This document shows positions 19,344 to 27,891 of a DNA stretch of 64,000 nt, in pieces. This stretch comes from a bacterium (GTDB taxonomy: Bacteria; Patescibacteriota; Minisyncoccia; Phycocordibacterales; Phycocordibacteraceae): NCBI GenBank assembly GCA_021849125.1, contig JAJZTG010000004.1, positions 1,025 through 65,024 of the forward strand, in the 5' to 3' direction. The position numbers and the translations under genes are program-made. A model generated the notes under the pieces. That model was not told the DNA's origin. It worked only from the letters and a program-made list of their open reading frames with translations, and made no database searches. Every line of letters starts with the position of its first letter. Position 1 is the first letter of the stretch.

Positions 19344-19493
19344 GATGGTTTCCCTTATAGTCAGAGTGGCCGCTTAAGCCGGATCGGTACGGAACATCCG
19401 TATCCGAAAGCAAGTCAACGTACTGCCACTGCAGACTATACGCAATGCGTGCCCTTATCGTCAAACGCGATCTTTGATACCCATTCAGATAAG

Positions 19494-20201
19494 TCACATT
19501 GGCACCTCTATCGCGAGTACGTCCGCTTCCCCTTTTGCAGAAAGCGAGACCGTGTCGACACCTTCGACGCCGAACGCATCACGCGAATCGAGTCTGGTTT
19601 CCGCGACAGTGACCGGTCCGGTGATGACGAAAAAATACACGCCGTGCCCAGGCTTCTTGAGACGATACGTAAGCGGATGCTCCGCATCGAGCGTAAGTCG
19701 CGAAAGGTACGCATCCTGATGGATCGTGAGTGTGGTTTCGTCTCCCATCGATGCGACAAGGAGCGTCTCGCCCGGCTGCGTGAGCCCTATGGAGCGTTGA
19801 TCGTACCGAGGCGTGACCCTTTCGGTATCCGGTGCGATCCAGATCTGGAACAGCTTCAGATCGCCTTGGCCGCCATTGTATTCGGAGTGGAGGATGCCGG
19901 TTCCGGCGGACATCACCTGCACGTCGCCCGGCACGAGGACCCCGGTCTCGCCCATGCTGTCCTTGTGCGCGAGCGCGCCCTCGAGCACGATCGTGATGAT
20001 CTCCATGTTCGCGTGCCCGTGCATACCGAAGCCGGAACCTTCGGTGATCGTGTCGTCGTTCAGGACCCGCAGCGCACCGAAGCCCATCCGCGACGGCTCG
20101 TACCAGTCCGCGAAGCTGAAACTGTACCGGGTCGAAAGCCAGCCGTATTCGCCCTTGCCGCGATCCTCTGCCCTATGGAGCGTGAGTTGTTCGGGTGGCA
20201 T
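19494..20201 (-). CDS. Pirin-family protein (bicupin, quercetinase-like)
   Basis: N-terminal cupin metal-binding motif GFGMHGHANMEIITIVLEG; 235 aa two-cupin architecture. Confidence 0.85.
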   Translation of the reverse strand: MPPEQLTLHRAEDRGKGEYGWLSTRYSFSFADWYEPSRMGFGALRVLNDDTITEGSGFGMHGHANMEIITIVLEGALAHKDSMGETGVLVPGDVQVMSAGTGILHSEYNGGQGDLKLFQIWIAPDTERVTPRYDQRSIGLTQPGETLLVASMGDETTLTIHQDAYLSRLTLDAEHPLTYRLKKPGHGVYFFVITGPVTVAETRLDSRDAFGVEGVDTVSLSAKGEADVLAIEVPM

Positions 20202-20240
20202 AGTACTCCGATCATACCGTATCTCACGCTCCTCTGTTCT

Positions 20241-20270
20241 AAAACAAAAGGCCCGGCAAGCGGCCGGGCC
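20241..20270 (-). terminator. Rho-independent terminator downstream of the 20288-20836 gene
   Basis: ggcccggc-aagc-gccgggcc hairpin with T-tract on the minus strand. Confidence 0.55.
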
Positions 20271-20287
20271 TTAGCTAGGGGCATAAC

Positions 20288-20836
20288 TTATTCCTCATCG
20301 GGTATCCTGACAGGGTTCCATGCTCCAGCGAGAAGGAATGGTTCCGATACCTCGTGAGTCTTGGCTCTTCCTCCTCGTCTGCGGCTCCCTGCAGAACCTT
20401 CTTTCGGCTCGCGCTGTTTCTTTTTCGTGGTCATACGCAGCACTCCAGAAAACCAATCCTTCCGTATGGAAAGCGAGGCTTTTTCGGGAGTCATCGGGAA
20501 CAGGTAAAACACGATGTTTGCGCCTGCCTTCTTCAAGGCTCGCTCGACTTCCGTTGTCTTAGGTTTGCTTATCTCGAGTAATGCGTGAATGCCGATCGCA
20601 GGATTGATCCTGCTCCGCAGCGCTTCAATGAATTCCACGCCATAGTCAGAAAAGTTCCTGCAACAGACCGCGACAACTTTCAGGCCTTGAGTGCTCGCGC
20701 ATTCATTTATAAGGGCATCTCGATTGAAAGAACTCACGTAGGAGTGAGCATCGATGCCGTACGTTGCAACCAGAAGAGCTGCTATCTGCGAGGCATAATA
20801 GGTCTCGCCGATGATAAAGCACGTTTCGGTAGCCAT
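20288..20836 (-). CDS. Hypothetical protein with basic low-complexity C-terminus
   Basis: 182-aa ORF; no confident family assignment. Confidence 0.4.
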   Translation of the reverse strand: MATETCFIIGETYYASQIAALLVATYGIDAHSYVSSFNRDALINECASTQGLKVVAVCCRNFSDYGVEFIEALRSRINPAIGIHALLEISKPKTTEVERALKKAGANIVFYLFPMTPEKASLSIRKDWFSGVLRMTTKKKQREPKEGSAGSRRRGGRAKTHEVSEPFLLAGAWNPVRIPDEE

Positions 20837-20918
20837 AATGCCTCCTTCGCCGGCTGATTACGTAAAGACTCCGCTTCCGCGTGGAGTAAACCACGCTGCA
20901 CATCCTCGTGCAATACGG

Positions 20919-21914
20919 CTAGCAGGCGACGTTCTGATCGACCGAGGTGCGATCAAGCTCGTACTGGATGATCCAAACCGGACTTCCAGGGATGAAAGAA
21001 GCGCGATTGAGACAAGCATTCAGCGCTTTGACCTGCGTCGAGATACCGATCGGGAACCATGTGGGGATGCTGGTCTGCCCTTTCGCGTTCTGCGTCGGCG
21101 TAAAGTCAAGACCCGCGATATTCTTCCACATATACGGGACCGAATAGATACCGACACGAATATCTTTCGTGTTCAGATAATCGATAGCGCCTTGGATGAC
21201 CTCATCGTTTACCGCCGTGTTGTCCGACCAGCTGTTCGCCTCCTCGATATCAAGCCACCAGAACGGCGATGAGACGTTGGCTTGGTTCGAAACATACGCA
21301 TACGCATGTTTTGCCGTGTTGTAGCCATAGTTGTAAGCCGCGCACGGTGTCGGCTCCGGATACGTCCCACCGGACGAAGCAGAGGTGACTGCGGCACCGA
21401 AGAGCGTTTCGCACTTTCTCGGCCCACTCACGTTCGCCGTCGTAGCGCTGCTTCCATACGGCGCATTCAGGTTGAGGTAGAACGTAGGGCGCACCGCCGA
21501 GCTCAGCGTCGCCCAGTTGAACTCATTGGCGAGACGCGCGTTCGTAGTAAACGCTTTCCCTGCCGTGACGCCGATCACCGCAAACCCGAACGGCGGCTGC
21601 GGATAGTTCTTCGTGTCGTAGGAGAGATCGAACCCGACACCGCTCGAGGGATACATGCTGCCGAGCGTCGAAGGGCGTACATAGGACGTAGTCGTCGCTT
21701 GCGTTTGCGAGGGTGAAACCGTGCTTGCCGCTTCCATAGACACGCCAAGCGCAAGGGACACGTTAGCGACGATCTTCTCTTCCGCACCGAAGGCTCGCAA
21801 AAGACCGAGAATCGCATTCACTTGCGTAGAATTAAGCCCTGCTGCAGAAACCGCACTCGGCGAAAGCAGGCCGAATGCGATCACGAGAGATGCGAGCGAG
21901 GTCTTAAGATGCAT
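20919..21914 (-). CDS. Secreted protein, possibly glycoside-hydrolase-like (GH25/DUF1906-type)
   Basis: N-terminal signal peptide (LASLVIAFGLLSPSAVSAA); FWWLDIE... segment resembles the GH25-like/DUF1906 fold; low certainty. Confidence 0.45.
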   Translation of the reverse strand: MHLKTSLASLVIAFGLLSPSAVSAAGLNSTQVNAILGLLRAFGAEEKIVANVSLALGVSMEAASTVSPSQTQATTTSYVRPSTLGSMYPSSGVGFDLSYDTKNYPQPPFGFAVIGVTAGKAFTTNARLANEFNWATLSSAVRPTFYLNLNAPYGSSATTANVSGPRKCETLFGAAVTSASSGGTYPEPTPCAAYNYGYNTAKHAYAYVSNQANVSSPFWWLDIEEANSWSDNTAVNDEVIQGAIDYLNTKDIRVGIYSVPYMWKNIAGLDFTPTQNAKGQTSIPTWFPIGISTQVKALNACLNRASFIPGSPVWIIQYELDRTSVDQNVAC

Positions 21915-21920
21915 ACCCTT

Positions 21921-22649
21921 TCAGTATACCAAGTCTCCTGATTCTCGACGTCTTCCCAAAATATTCCTTCGCAACCAGACTGTAACGAGCGTGAAAGCAT
22001 GCCCGAGCCGCACCGCTATCATGTCCCACGCACCTCTTGCGGATTCCTGTGCCGACAACACCGAAACATAAATCGGGACCGTTCCGAAGTGGTCGTACGT
22101 CTCGGCCGACTTAAGAAGATCTTCCGCACCGACAGTTGGGAGCACCGCGCGCGCTTCCTCAGTAAAAAGGATGTACTCATCTGCCTGTACTGTATTCTTG
22201 AGGAGACGGTGCGCAAGGATCACGTCCGGGCCGGACAATTCATAAAACTTCCCGACATGCGAGAACAATGCTTGGCCGCTGTGCACCACGATCTTCAGTT
22301 TGAGATCCGTAACATGGCGGCAAGCCTCACAGTCGCACGTGCTCGTAACCTTTCGGAGCCCGCTGAGCTTCTCGGAAAATGCAGCGTGGAATGCTCTGAG
22401 CTTCAGAGCTATCTTCTCGCTCGACTCTGCCCACGCATGCTCCTTGTCTCGTATGGCATATAAAAAGACCGCATCGCCTTCAAGCTTCGATATCTCAAGC
22501 GGTATATCGACCTCCGCGATGATCGCTTGCATAAGCTCGGCGATGATCGTCTGGGCGTGAAAGAGCGCTTTCCGGTTTGCGACCATGAAGCGGGTATACC
22601 CGCTTATGTCCGTGATGACGAGAAGCACGTCTTTCGGGGCGGTATCCAT
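21921..22649 (-). CDS. DUF2652-like (nucleotidyl-cyclase-related) protein
   Basis: N-terminal VITDISGYTRFM motif reminiscent of DUF2652 / class III cyclase FTDIVGFT. Confidence 0.45.
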   Translation of the reverse strand: MDTAPKDVLLVITDISGYTRFMVANRKALFHAQTIIAELMQAIIAEVDIPLEISKLEGDAVFLYAIRDKEHAWAESSEKIALKLRAFHAAFSEKLSGLRKVTSTCDCEACRHVTDLKLKIVVHSGQALFSHVGKFYELSGPDVILAHRLLKNTVQADEYILFTEEARAVLPTVGAEDLLKSAETYDHFGTVPIYVSVLSAQESARGAWDMIAVRLGHAFTLVTVWLRRNILGRRRESGDLVY

Positions 22650-22737
22650 GTGCTCTCTAGTATAGCCTCCCTAGCGGCGCTCTCCGGAATAGCAAACGAG
22701 AACGGCGCCCTTTCGGGCGCCGTTCTCGTCGTGGCCG

Positions 22738-22947
22738 TTACGCCACCTTGCTGACCTTGACCGCGTTCGGTCCTTTCGGACTGTCCCCGATCTCGAAGGT
22801 CACCTTGTCCCCTTCCCGGAGCGAGTCGAACGATACGCCGACGAGCTCGTTGGAATGGAAGAAGAGATCCTTCTCCTGTCCCGCCATCTTGATGAAGCCG
22901 AAGCCTTTGTCAGTGAGACGAGCGATTGTTCCTTCTTGCATATGCAA
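22738..22947 (-). CDS. cspA: Cold-shock protein (CspA family)
   Basis: RNP1 motif KGFGFI and RNP2-like FFHSNEL; about 67 aa. Confidence 0.9.
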   Translation of the reverse strand: MHMQEGTIARLTDKGFGFIKMAGQEKDLFFHSNELVGVSFDSLREGDKVTFEIGDSPKGPNAVKVSKVA

Positions 22948-23070
22948 TATGAATAATGAGTTTTGCCTAAGATATCAATGCAGTGGGCTGGAGAAGAGGC
23001 TCGAACCGGACTCCGCTGGTTCAGCGCTGGTTGATAGGTATACGATACCGCAGAAAATAACTCTAGTCAA

Positions 23071-23403
23071 TCACGACTCGCGCGACTTCAGATGACCCGG
23101 CAGCCAATCCATGAACTTCTTGCGGTGGAGATCGAGCGACCAGAAACCGTCTTTGAACTGGTCAGCGTATTGGCGCTTGTACTCCGCGAGGAATGCGGCC
23201 GTAGCACGAGGGAATTCAAGGGGCAGACCCTGGTTATAGAGCGTGAGGAATTCCGAAGCAGAACGCTTCTGCTCGCTACGCTCCCGGTCCAGATCAGGCC
23301 CTCTCATAGATACACCATAGCACCGATCCGGATTAGGCGCTCTCCTGGGCGCCTTTTGCTTATTTTCCCTGCATGCACTTGGAAGCTTCGCTTCCAAGTG
23401 CAA
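23071..23403 (-). CDS. Hypothetical protein (start may be the internal MRGPD at 23307)
   Basis: ORF only; GGTG 6 nt upstream of the internal ATG. Confidence 0.35.
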   Translation of the reverse strand: MHLEAKLPSACRENKQKAPRRAPNPDRCYGVSMRGPDLDRERSEQKRSASEFLTLYNQGLPLEFPRATAAFLAEYKRQYADQFKDGFWSLDLHRKKFMDWLPGHLKSRES

Positions 23404-23500
23404 AGCTTACGTGCTCAATTTCCCCGTATTTGCTAGAGTTCGATTCTTGCCCCCATTTTTTACTTTGTTCGTTGTAGTTCGATTCCGATTCCCTTCTATT

Positions 23501-24109
23501 TCATTTCTGACTGAGAGTTTTTTCTATCGCCGCAATCCCCTGCTTGATCTGTTCGTGGAGGTCATCTCTTGATGTATCAAAGGTATACACAAATGGAAGA
23601 TCAGGAAGCTTGAACTGATCTTTATGAAAATTGAAACGCTCTATAGCGTGCTCGGCATCCTTAAAGAGCCAAGTGTGCGGATAATTCTTAAGTTTGTTGA
23701 TGATGAACTCGACAGGAGGGTTGATGTGAATGAATAACTGTCGCACGTTTGGAAAAAGTTTCTTTGTTTTTTCATTGTAAGCGAGCCCGCGTGGACTTCC
23801 AGTGTTTGCATCCACGGCAACACTATACCCAAAATCGAGATATTTCTCAGTGAGTTCCTGTGATATTTCTCTGGCACCTTCATACGAATACCCTGCCGAC
23901 TTAAATCTCTTACGAATCTCGTCCGTTGAAATACGAATGAGGCCAAAATGCTCTGCAAGAGGTCTCGTTACTGTCGTCTTTCCTGATCCGACAAGTCCAA
24001 CAGGCATAAGCATCCATTGAGCAGATGGCTTCATGTCCGGAATGTTGAGTGTCGTCTCGTATTCGCATTTGATTTCGTCAAGAACTTCTTTTGGAGCATC
24101 TGGAAACAT
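23501..24109 (-). CDS. P-loop nucleotide/nucleoside-kinase-like ATPase (AAA_33/zeta-toxin-like fold)
   Basis: Walker A GLVGSGKTT; 202 aa; low-GC; immediately downstream (minus sense) of repeat copy A. Confidence 0.6.
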   Translation of the reverse strand: MFPDAPKEVLDEIKCEYETTLNIPDMKPSAQWMLMPVGLVGSGKTTVTRPLAEHFGLIRISTDEIRKRFKSAGYSYEGAREISQELTEKYLDFGYSVAVDANTGSPRGLAYNEKTKKLFPNVRQLFIHINPPVEFIINKLKNYPHTWLFKDAEHAIERFNFHKDQFKLPDLPFVYTFDTSRDDLHEQIKQGIAAIEKTLSQK

Positions 24110-24145
24110 ATATCAAAACCAGTATAACTCTACCTATCGTCTGGT

Positions 24146-24561
24146 AAAAGCCGCCCATTAGGGCGGCTTTTACGTACGTGATGCACCACAAGGGCACTTC
24201 TTGTTTTCTAACTCGCTTCGCTCCTAAGAAAACAATGTCGCCTGGCGGTACTGTACTGATCCCAATGGGGGACGGTACTAGTTCCCCCTCCTTCGTCGGG
24301 ACAGGCTGGCGTCACAATGCGTGCCCCTCGTCGATGACTTCTCGTGACTGCGCAAAACAACAAAGCGCCTACATGGGCGCTTTGTTGTTTTGCTTGTTGC
24401 CCGTGTCGGTACGGTACCCGCCACCGCAAGCAATCCAAAGGTTCTTTGGCGACTCTTCTTCCCTCTTTAGCAATGGGGGCCGGTATGGGTCGACTTTGAG
24501 ATGATTAAAGGATTTTTGGCGAGTTTTGAGTGGCGAACAGGAGGATCGGTACCGTACTAAG
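24146..24561. repeat. Island repeat family, copy A (longest; with internal 19-bp perfect hairpin)
   Basis: Hairpin ccgccc-atta-gggcgg + TTTT, then cgtacgtgatg...cctggcggtacTgtactgatcccaaTgggggAcggtac...; extra gggggccggta modules; hairpin gcaaaacaacaaagcgcc/ggcgctttgttgttttgc. Confidence 0.6.
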
Positions 24562-24567
24562 ATTAAG

Positions 24568-25524
24568 TCACGAATTATCCTTCTCACTTTGAGCCATCTG
24601 GGTGTACCACGCGCGCTCAAACGAGGAACGAACTTCTTCTTGGAGTCTTGCTCTTTCATCTTGATTATTAGAACTGAAATATTGTTCAACAAGAGCATCT
24701 ACTTTTTCTCGCTCGGTGGAATCATGTAATACCCCGAGACACGCGAGAACCCTAAGTGATCCTTTTCCAAAAGTGGCTTCAATGTCCTTAAGAGCGAATA
24801 GATTCTCGGCAAACTGACCGCGCTCGAAACTATCCATCACTTCTCCTACAGAAATCCCTTTCGTCATCGCGACTCCTCTGACAATTTTAGAAAACACATT
24901 ATTGTACTGCGCGTACCCATACGAAAACTCCTCGATATCTTTTTTAGCGATACCGAGCTCCTCTTCGAGCTCATCTTTAGTGGCCTCTAGAATCCTGACG
25001 GCCATATACTCTGTCACGATTTCATTAAAACCAGTAAGAGCCGCGCGACCTTCTGGTTCCTTCCATGGGGATGCAAGCTGATAGCCAATCCGCGCAGGAA
25101 CCATTCCATGCTCCTCACTCCCGAAGAATCGGTGCTTTGATGCGCGATGAACCATTTCGTGAACCAGTGTATCTAACAGATCGGCTCCGCCATGATGTTT
25201 GTCCTTGTTTACGAAAATCGCATCGTCAAATGCAGAGGTGGAGCCATGATCGGCACTATTCCCAAGTCTTTTTTCATACGCTTCTGCTGAAAGTAGGTGG
25301 ATCTTTTCAGGAGATATCGGCGTGTACGGGATACCGAGGTCGGCAAGACGACGCTGTAGCAGGTCATTTGCTTTTTCAATATATGCACGATTTTCTTCGG
25401 TTTTCTCCTCTTCCCCTTCGACATGCATAGCAGATTCTTCTGCCCATTTCCCCAAGGATTTCTCAGCTTGAGCCAACTCTTCCTCGTCGTAGGCTCTACC
25501 GATGAATTTCGGTCCTTTCTCCAT
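24568..25524 (-). CDS. Putative zinc metallopeptidase (HExxH) of unknown family
   Basis: LVHEMVHRASKH motif; 318 aa; low-GC. Confidence 0.5.
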   Translation of the reverse strand: MEKGPKFIGRAYDEEELAQAEKSLGKWAEESAMHVEGEEEKTEENRAYIEKANDLLQRRLADLGIPYTPISPEKIHLLSAEAYEKRLGNSADHGSTSAFDDAIFVNKDKHHGGADLLDTLVHEMVHRASKHRFFGSEEHGMVPARIGYQLASPWKEPEGRAALTGFNEIVTEYMAVRILEATKDELEEELGIAKKDIEEFSYGYAQYNNVFSKIVRGVAMTKGISVGEVMDSFERGQFAENLFALKDIEATFGKGSLRVLACLGVLHDSTEREKVDALVEQYFSSNNQDERARLQEEVRSSFERAWYTQMAQSEKDNS

Positions 25525-25555
25525 ATAGGTGAAGTATAGCTTGATTTCGCAAACG

Positions 25556-25700
25556 CAAAAGCCGCTCTCTCGAGCGGCTTTTGCGTACGTGATGCCTGGC
25601 GGTACGGTACTGATCCCAACGGGGGCCGGTAAAGGTCGGTTTTGAGATGGTTGGGAGATGTTCAGCGAGTTTTGATGGGCGAATAGGCAGGGCGATGACG
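25556..25700. repeat. Island repeat family, copy B
   Basis: gcaaaagccgctc-tctc-gagcggcttttgc hairpin + gcgtacgtgatgcctggcggtacggtactgatcccaacgggggccggta... Confidence 0.6.
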
Positions 25701-25874
25701 TGCGCGCCCGGCGGGTGATGTCGCCGATACAAGCGAAACTCAGTATCTACATCAGTGCCGCAACGAATAATATTGAAACCCGGCCTGTGCCGGGTTTCAA
25801 TCTGGACTTACATCACCTTGCTAACCTTGACGCGTTCTAACCCTTGGGGAAGGTTCGTTGCCTGCCCGAAGATA

Positions 25875-27410
25875 TCAGGGATGGGCCTGTACGTATGCGC
25901 GAGTTACGGACCCGAAGTACCCTGCGGCCGGAACTATGCCTACCGCCTTTTGCAGCTTAATGAGAGCTGCTTGAGTTGCCGACCCGAAAGAGGTAGTCTC
26001 ATGCTCGGCAGACCCCGGACCATCGACTGCAACAGTGAAGCCGTGTGCATTGAGGTAGCGTTGGAGTTCTTGCACATCGACTCCGGTGGAGCCCTTCCGC
26101 AAGTCCCTTTGGAAAACGGGGATTGTGTTTGCAGGGGGAGATACCGGCTGGTGCTGTAGTATGGCGCGCACATTATCGATAACCGCCTGATCGACCTTAA
26201 ATGAGGCGAGGACGTTAATGAGTGCCGCGATTTGACCCTCTGACAGTCCTGCAGGAGCTGGTGCGGATGCGACAGGAGTAGCCGTCTCGGTTACCGAGGG
26301 AGAAGAGGTGGCGGAGATGGTTTGCTCAGAGGAAGACGCTATCGTTCCCGTGGTGTCGGAAGTAGTCGCAGTCGTTTCCATTGTGCTCCAATAGCCGCCA
26401 CCGGATGCCGGACTAAAAACGCCAGACGTAGCGACGGTAGATATGTTCCCAACCGTGTCGCACCCTACGGCTTTAAACGATGCCGTGGAGGAAACAGTGA
26501 TGCTTGAGTACGTAGGGCTTGAACAGGTGGGTGTCGAACCGTCAGACGTGAAGCGAATGGAGGAGGCACCAGTCGAGGTAATGGTAATGGTCTGCGAGCC
26601 ATGGAACACAATCCCGTCGGGGGAAAAGATCGGCGTAAGAGGGGCAAGATTGTCCGTAATCGTTCGAGTACTGCCGGTCGCGGCAATACCCACGGAATCC
26701 TTGACTGCGGAGGTCGGATTAATCGTATCGCCGCTCGCAACCGTCATATCCGAGCCAAGCGTGATAGTAAGGACGGTGCCCGCAGTATTCCATGATATGG
26801 CGAGGCCATTTGCGGTGGTGCCAAACGTATGACTACCCGACAACGAGAGGTTCGTATTGAGGTTTGAGGTCGTGAGCGTCGATGTGGCCAACGTCTCGCT
26901 GAAAGTAAGCGCGAGTGTGTCAGTCCCTGAGATATTCGTGGATCCATCGACATCGGACCACGAAACTGAATTGAGCGTCGGTCCGGTTACGTCATAGGTC
27001 ACATTGGGACCGGTTAAGCTAGACTGAGAGATCGTAGTCGTGGCCGTACCAACCGTATCGCCCCATGAAACTTGGAACGAAACCGCTCCCTCGGTCCAGG
27101 TGCTACTGGTTGTCGTGGCATAGTACCAATTGGTTCCACTGCCAGAAAAGGACGTGGAACCCATAGCGAAGATATTGATCTTAGGCGCTTGCCAAGGGGT
27201 GGCATCGAGCGTCAGCTGATAGTTGACGCCGTCTCCCGTTGTGGCTCGCGATGTCGTAGCGAAGCCGGTATTTACATAGACAGGCGTCGAAGTCGAAGTA
27301 ATTGACGTAAGACTGACCGCGGCAGCGGATACAAAGTGCGGTGCCACACCCAACGACAACCCTACCAGGAGGGCAAGACCAATCGGAATTCTAAGAATGT
27401 AGTTCTTCAT
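25875..27410 (-). CDS. Secreted Thr/Ser-rich surface protein with C-terminal peptidoglycan-binding (PG_binding_1-like) domain
   Basis: Signal peptide MKNYILRIPIGLALLVGLSLGVAPHFVSAAA; beta-rich T/S repeats incl. FTSDGSTPTCSSPTYSS (chitobiase-C-like); C-terminal GVDVQELQRYLNAHGF...GYFGSVTRAYV. Confidence 0.6.
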   Translation of the reverse strand: MKNYILRIPIGLALLVGLSLGVAPHFVSAAAVSLTSITSTSTPVYVNTGFATTSRATTGDGVNYQLTLDATPWQAPKINIFAMGSTSFSGSGTNWYYATTTSSTWTEGAVSFQVSWGDTVGTATTTISQSSLTGPNVTYDVTGPTLNSVSWSDVDGSTNISGTDTLALTFSETLATSTLTTSNLNTNLSLSGSHTFGTTANGLAISWNTAGTVLTITLGSDMTVASGDTINPTSAVKDSVGIAATGSTRTITDNLAPLTPIFSPDGIVFHGSQTITITSTGASSIRFTSDGSTPTCSSPTYSSITVSSTASFKAVGCDTVGNISTVATSGVFSPASGGGYWSTMETTATTSDTTGTIASSSEQTISATSSPSVTETATPVASAPAPAGLSEGQIAALINVLASFKVDQAVIDNVRAILQHQPVSPPANTIPVFQRDLRKGSTGVDVQELQRYLNAHGFTVAVDGPGSAEHETTSFGSATQAALIKLQKAVGIVPAAGYFGSVTRAYVQAHP

Positions 27411-27458
27411 TGCTGTACAATAGCACAGGCTATTTGTGCATGAGCGGCTTGTCCCCAA

Positions 27459-27716
27459 GCGCCCCTTCGGGCGGCTTTTGCGTACGTGACGCCTGGCGGT
27501 ACGGTACTGATCCCAACGGGGGCCGGTACTGGTTGCCTCACGTCACAATCGTGTTGCCCGTGTCGGTACCGTACTGGTCCCCATAGGGAGTTACAAGGTT
27601 TTTCAAGCACCTTCCTTCCCCCTTAGTCGACGGGGGCCGGTATGGGTCAGTTTTCAATGGTTTGCAGGGTTTTCGCTCAGCTTTGAGCGTCGAACAAGGG
27701 GGCCGGTACCGAACCA
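27459..27716. repeat. Island repeat family, copy C (three gggggccggta modules)
   Basis: gccccttcgggcggcttttgcgtacgtgacgcctggcggtacggtactgatcccaacgggggccggtac... plus downstream modules shared with copy A. Confidence 0.6.
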
Positions 27717-27891
27717 AACGGGATAAACGGGATACCCCCTACGATCCGGTTGTGGATTTTATTTCTAGGAAACCTGCTAGCATTGAAATTGACCGATCTA
27801 GGGCAATTGCCGCATCGAGCCACGGCTCACACATAGGCACCGGATTCCTGCAGGTCATTGGATCTCCTTTACTCGATCTAATGATGTAGGT

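Noticed and set aside
18975-20357. 460-aa ORF on the plus strand
   Set aside because: Runs antisense across the pirin gene and the 18774-19343 ORF; Arg/Pro/Ala-rich composition typical of antisense frames in high-GC DNA; no motifs.
22981-23060. tRNA-like T-loop motif (GGTTCGAGCC on the minus strand) upstream of cspA
   Set aside because: No acceptor, D or anticodon stems could be paired around it in either orientation; more likely part of the long structured cspA 5' UTR.
23440-23470. gttcgattcc repeats (agagttcgattc, gtagttcgattccgattccc) resembling the tRNA-fMet T-loop at the distal island boundary
   Set aside because: Only about 10 nt of exact identity, and in inverted rather than direct orientation relative to the tRNA; too weak to call an att site, though it coincides with the GC break.
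24178-24504. 108-aa ORF and overlapping 76-aa minus ORF
   Set aside because: Lie entirely within repeat copy A (hairpin-rich, non-coding character, shared with other copies that have no ORF).
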